A stretch of 64,000 bases of DNA from Synechococcus sp. (GTDB taxonomy: Bacteria; Cyanobacteriota; Cyanobacteriia; PCC-6307; Cyanobiaceae), in contig JBJBDC010000001.1 in NCBI GenBank assembly GCA_047285535.1, forward strand, positions 2,560,136 to 2,624,135, given 5' to 3'. Made by a program: the position numbers and the translations under genes. Every line of letters begins with the position of its first letter. Positions within the stretch are counted from its first letter, which is position 1. The notes beneath the pieces are model-generated. The model worked only from the letters and a program-made list of their open reading frames with translations. It had not been told where the DNA came from and ran no database searches. This document shows positions 59,799 through 64,000 of this stretch, one piece after another.

Positions 59799-60404
59799 AT
59801 GCGCATCGGCGAGATCCATCGGGTAACTGGTGAGACGGATGTCAAGGTGCTGGTTGGGCTCGATGGCAGCGGTCGCTGCATGGCCAGCACTGGTGTGCCC
59901 TTTCTCGATCACATGCTTCACCAGATCAGCAGCCATGGCCTGATCGACTTGGAGATCACGGCAAGTGGTGATACGCATATTGATGACCATCACACCAATG
60001 AGGATGTAGGGATTGCGATCGGTCAGGCGCTCTCGCAGGCCCTTGGTGATCGTCGCGGGATCCATCGCTTTGGCCACTTCGTGGCCCCGCTGGATGAAGC
60101 GTTGGTGCAGGTGGTTCTTGATTGCTCCGGCCGCCCCCATCTCAGCTTTGGGCTCACGATCCCAACGCAGAAGATCGGCACCTACGACACTGAATTGGTG
60201 AAAGAGTTTTTTGTAGCTGTCGTCAATAATTCAGGCCTCACCTTGCACATTCGCCAATTGGAGGGGGTGAACTCTCACCATATTGTTGAGGCCTGCTTTA
60301 AGGCTTTTGCAAGGGCGCTACGGATGGCGACTGAGATTGATCCGCGCAGGTCCGGAGCCGTGCCCAGCAGCAAGGGAGTGCTGGAACAAGCTGGTGCTAG
60401 CTAG
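59799..60404 (+). CDS. hisB: Imidazoleglycerol-phosphate dehydratase
   Basis: [43 protein letters not shown]. Confidence 0.97.
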   Translation: MRIGEIHRVTGETDVKVLVGLDGSGRCMASTGVPFLDHMLHQISSHGLIDLEITASGDTHIDDHHTNEDVGIAIGQALSQALGDRRGIHRFGHFVAPLDEALVQVVLDCSGRPHLSFGLTIPTQKIGTYDTELVKEFFVAVVNNSGLTLHIRQLEGVNSHHIVEACFKAFARALRMATEIDPRRSGAVPSSKGVLEQAGAS

Positions 60405-60477
60405 CCAGCAGATCTTCTTGTAGGGCCACGCTTCATGGTCTGTTACGAGAAGATGGTGATTGCGTCTGGGTAGCCCA

Positions 60478-61962
60478 GTGACCGTTGCACCCACCTCTGC
60501 CCGTTTCGATCGTTCCGAATGGTCCAGTGCCTTCCGCAACGTTGAAGAAGAACTCACTGATGTCTTGTTGAAACCAGTGAGAGGCGCCGTGCCGGAAGAG
60601 CTGAGAGGAACGCTCTATCGCAATGGACCGGGTCGGCTAGAGCGCGACGGACAGAGGGTCCATCATCCATTCGATGGTGATGGGATGATCACGGCTCTGC
60701 ATTTCGATGCAGAGGGCGTGCGTTGCAGCAATCGATTCATTCGCACCAGCGGATGGCTAGCTGAAGAGAGGGCTGGAAAGGTGCTGTTTCGTGGCGTTTT
60801 TGGAAGCCACAAACCAGGCGGACCGCTTGCTAATGCCTTCGATCTTCGGCTCAAAAATATCGCTAACACGGGTGTGGTTCGGCTCGGAGATGATCTCCTT
60901 GCCCTATGGGAAGCGGCTGAACCTCATGCCTTAGATCCCCGGACTCTTGAGACCAGGGGCTTGTCGCTACTTGGTGGTGTGCTGCAGAAAGGGGAGGCGT
61001 TTAGTGCTCATCCTCGATTTGACCCCGGTCATCATGGTGAGTCGCGGATGGTGACCTTCGGGGTCAAGACGGGTCTTCGTAGCACCGTTCGTTTGATGGA
61101 ATTTGCCACAGTTGACAATTCTCTTGCTGGAATTCGAGCTGGCGATTTACTCAGTGATCGTCGTGACACTTTCACTGGATTTGCCTTTCTTCATGACTTC
61201 GCAATCACTCCGAATTGGGCGGTATTTCTTCAGAACGCTATCAATTTCAACCCACTTCCATATATTTTAGGTCAAAAAGGCGCAGCTCAATGTCTCACTT
61301 CAAATCCAAATGGAAAGGCCAAGTTCTGGTTAATCCCTAGAGATAGTGGTGCTTTCGCTGGTGAGAGACCAAGGATTATCGATGCTCCAGATGGATTCGT
61401 TTTTCATCACCTCAACGCATGGGAAGATGGCGGTGATGTAGTGGTGGAGAGCATTTACTACAGCGATTTCCCTGCGATTGGTCCTGATCAGGATTTTACT
61501 GATGTCAATTTCGATCTGATCCCTGAAGGGTTGCTCGAGCAGTGCCGAATTAATCTTGATTCTGGATGTGTTGAGACCACCCGTTTGAGTGAGCGGTGCT
61601 GTGAATTCGCAATGGTAAATCCCAATCAGGAAGGTTTGCCCTGCCGCTTTGCTTGGATGGCGGCTGCAGCTCGTGAACAAGGCAATGATCCTCTTCAAGT
61701 TGTGAAAAAACTTGATCTGCAAAGCGGCGAACGACATATATGGAGTGCAGCTCCGAGTGGGTTCGTCAGTGAACCGTTGATGGTGCCAAGACCCGGTGCC
61801 AGTGCTGAGGATGAAGGTTGGGTGTTGGACGTGGTTTGGAATGGTGTGCGAGATGCCTCCGACTTGTTCATTCTCGATGCTCGAGACTTAAGCGAAGTCG
61901 CGTTATTGGAACTCCCGTTAGCGATTCCTCATGGGTTACATGGAAGTTGGAGCCCATCTTGA
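60478..61962 (+). CDS. Carotenoid/apocarotenoid cleavage oxygenase (RPE65/ACO family)
   Basis: GTLYRNGPG, HPFDGDGM, SAHP, LHDF, FHH.NA, SEP, EDEG, PHGLHGSW. Confidence 0.92.
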   Translation: MTVAPTSARFDRSEWSSAFRNVEEELTDVLLKPVRGAVPEELRGTLYRNGPGRLERDGQRVHHPFDGDGMITALHFDAEGVRCSNRFIRTSGWLAEERAGKVLFRGVFGSHKPGGPLANAFDLRLKNIANTGVVRLGDDLLALWEAAEPHALDPRTLETRGLSLLGGVLQKGEAFSAHPRFDPGHHGESRMVTFGVKTGLRSTVRLMEFATVDNSLAGIRAGDLLSDRRDTFTGFAFLHDFAITPNWAVFLQNAINFNPLPYILGQKGAAQCLTSNPNGKAKFWLIPRDSGAFAGERPRIIDAPDGFVFHHLNAWEDGGDVVVESIYYSDFPAIGPDQDFTDVNFDLIPEGLLEQCRINLDSGCVETTRLSERCCEFAMVNPNQEGLPCRFAWMAAAAREQGNDPLQVVKKLDLQSGERHIWSAAPSGFVSEPLMVPRPGASAEDEGWVLDVVWNGVRDASDLFILDARDLSEVALLELPLAIPHGLHGSWSPS

Positions 61963-63372
61963 TGGCTCTCTGAATCTGCAGGACTGCATGCAGAAAGCCT
62001 CGCGTATGTAAAGCCTCTTGCATACCCTCAGATCAACCCATAGACGTCCATTGTCTATTCCCCTAAAAGCGGCTGAGGAGCACTTCAATCCCTCAGTGAA
62101 AAACAGAGGAGTGAGCCATTCTCAATTCCGTTTCGATGTACTCCTATATCTCTTTTGAAGCTTCTTTTGCTTCTAAATAAATGGCTGGTTTTTTCTTGAT
62201 AAGAATCAGTGTTCGGAAATTGTCTTGCCCTTTTGGTCGACAGCTATTTTGTCTTTAAAGGGCGGGACGACTTGGCGGGTAAACGGATTTATGTGCTCTG
62301 TGTATGTAGCCTGAGCGAGTGATGTTGAGGTAAAAATTTCTTAGCAATGATGAAGTGTTGGGGATTCCTTTTGGGACTTTGGCTTTGCGTTAGGTGCTGA
62401 GATTGTTCCTTGCTATGTTGAATATGCATACGAATCCGTGAGGCCTGAGATAGAATGCATGACTATGCGTTATCAGCAAAAATAGCTGATGGATGCTTCG
62501 CCTTTTAGAACTTAAATCTCGCTCTAGATCAACCATCTTATCTTGACGATCCATCAGGATATTTTACTTTCGAGCAGCTGTAAATTGATAGCTTGTGGAT
62601 GCCTTCGATAGCCATCACTATTGAGTTTCGGTTGATCTTGATGGTAAAGACGTATGGAAAGCCGCCCATGAGCTTGATGAGATGCTAGATCCTCGAGACA
62701 TGAATGCCTTTCTGCTGCTGGTTGTGATGAGGGCTAAATTAATCTTATAAAGTGATGTTGAGTTCGCTGATAGAGGTCTCCAAAAAATTCGATCCGTGGT
62801 TGATTGGACTAGCTTAGTTTAATAGATCTTGCCTGAGCGGATATGGAATTGTCTGCAATCTAATACTGCTAGAGCAATGTTAATACGATCTAAATAGGTA
62901 GTTAACTGATTGCCATGGCTCAATTCTTAGATGAAGATCATTTGCATTCGCTGGAGGTGATATGATAAAAATAAGAAGGAATTGTTTACTGATAGTTTGA
63001 AGGAGGCGCAGTAAGAGGTGCTTTCCAGTTGATGCAACGGATTCACTGCTGATGATTGAAAGATGGAAAAGAATCCATGTACTGCAAGTGTTTTGAGTTG
63101 TCTGAATTGATAGATGATATTGAGTTCATGCGTACTCTTTGATGTATCCGTTACTGCTAGTACTGTCGATCATCGCTTGTTACGTGTAGTCGACGACTCT
63201 TGCGATTTAAATGATGTATTGCTGACATTGATTGTATGGATTTTGCTTTCGCAAGGGAGAATATCCCTGCTGGCATTTTTCTTGTGCGTTTCGTGCCATT
63301 TTTAAGTATTCATCGCAAATGGTTGTGCTGCCCGTAGGTCAGGGCTAAAAGGAGAGAATCTAATCGATTCTT

Positions 63373-63999
63373 ATGTCTCAACGCAATATCTCGATCCGTA
63401 GACGTCTTGGATACTCCTTGGTAGGTCTCTTTACGATTAGCTTTGGAATTTTGTTGATTGGAACTGATCAGATCATCAAACGTGATCGCTTACAGCGTCA
63501 TGAGCGATTGGTGATGGCAACGGGTATGGCCATAGAAAAGGAAGTTAGCAAAGAAGCGGAAGGTCAAAAAAACGTGGGTCTGGATGATCAAACCTATAGA
63601 CAGATTTTGAATAATTTTTCGGCTACTCGTGTACTCGTTTGGTTGAGTCGACCTTCTACAGACCCTCTTTTTCCCAATACGGCTTCTGTTCAACAGTTTT
63701 TTAATGATCCACAACTGTTAGAGGCTGCGGGACTCAATGCTTCGGGAATGCAAAAGCCTAGAAGCTTTACTTTTAAAGGTCAAACCTATTTTACTTGCTC
63801 TATGCCTCTACCAGGTAACCAGGGGGTACTGAGATTTCTCGAAGATGTGGGTGTTAGTCCCGCAGGACGTCAGGAAAATTTGATTTTCTTATTCTTGATT
63901 TGGATTATTTCTGTTGCCATTGCCACAATTCTGATTCGTAGATTGTTAACTACTTCATTGAATCCTTTAATTCGACTTGAATCCATTATGGATGATGTG
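63373..63999 (+). CDS. 5' part of a membrane sensor protein, probably a histidine kinase (TM-periplasmic-TM-HAMP start); runs off the window
   Basis: Manual translation is open to the end: MSQRNISIRRRL-TM1-..-ENLIFLFLIWIISVAIATILIRRLLTTSLNPLIRLESIMDDV. The kinase domain is not visible in the window. Confidence 0.65.
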   Translation, partial: MSQRNISIRRRLGYSLVGLFTISFGILLIGTDQIIKRDRLQRHERLVMATGMAIEKEVSKEAEGQKNVGLDDQTYRQILNNFSATRVLVWLSRPSTDPLFPNTASVQQFFNDPQLLEAAGLNASGMQKPRSFTFKGQTYFTCSMPLPGNQGVLRFLEDVGVSPAGRQENLIFLFLIWIISVAIATILIRRLLTTSLNPLIRLESIMDDV

Positions 64000-64000
64000 A

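Noticed and set aside
1..64000. CRISPR arrays, IS/transposases, integrases, tRNA/rRNA and anti-phage defence genes
   Set aside because: None recognised by eye or in the ORF track. Small or degenerate elements cannot be excluded without covariance-model and HMM searches.

Overview
Chromosomal window from a marine picocyanobacterium, most likely Synechococcus. The evidence is psbEFLJ with the long marine-type PsbJ, ycf48-rubA, ndhCKJ, chlD and the folK-NUDIX-photolyase-degT-fabI-hisB-carotenoid oxygenase gene order. Positions 1-38.3 kb form a compositionally mosaic surface-polysaccharide (LPS/O-antigen-type) island. It carries legionaminic-acid-type nonulosonate genes, a HisH/HisF-like plus N-acetyl-sugar amidotransferase system (two amidotransferases) and an AsnB-like amidotransferase. 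It also carries a Wzy-like membrane protein, a bi-domain dehydrogenase/WecC/heparinase-II/III-like module, WbpL/WbpM-like initiation genes, galE, gmd-fcl and rmlACDB. Positions 38.5-62 kb are mostly core genes. The window ends in an AT-rich spacer and the 5' part of a sensor-kinase-like gene that the ORF track missed. The most notable hidden features come from manual translation of ORF-free gaps. One is a full-length but heavily decayed second HisF-like gene (with a probable HisH-like relic) in the 12.8-14.15 kb gap. The other is a decayed nucleotide-sugar epimerase between ugd and psbJ. A split two-gene photolyase shows a 4-Cys FeS-type ligand pattern. No rRNA, tRNA, CRISPR array or IS element was recognised. 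Start codons and GC values are hand-derived and no database search was run.
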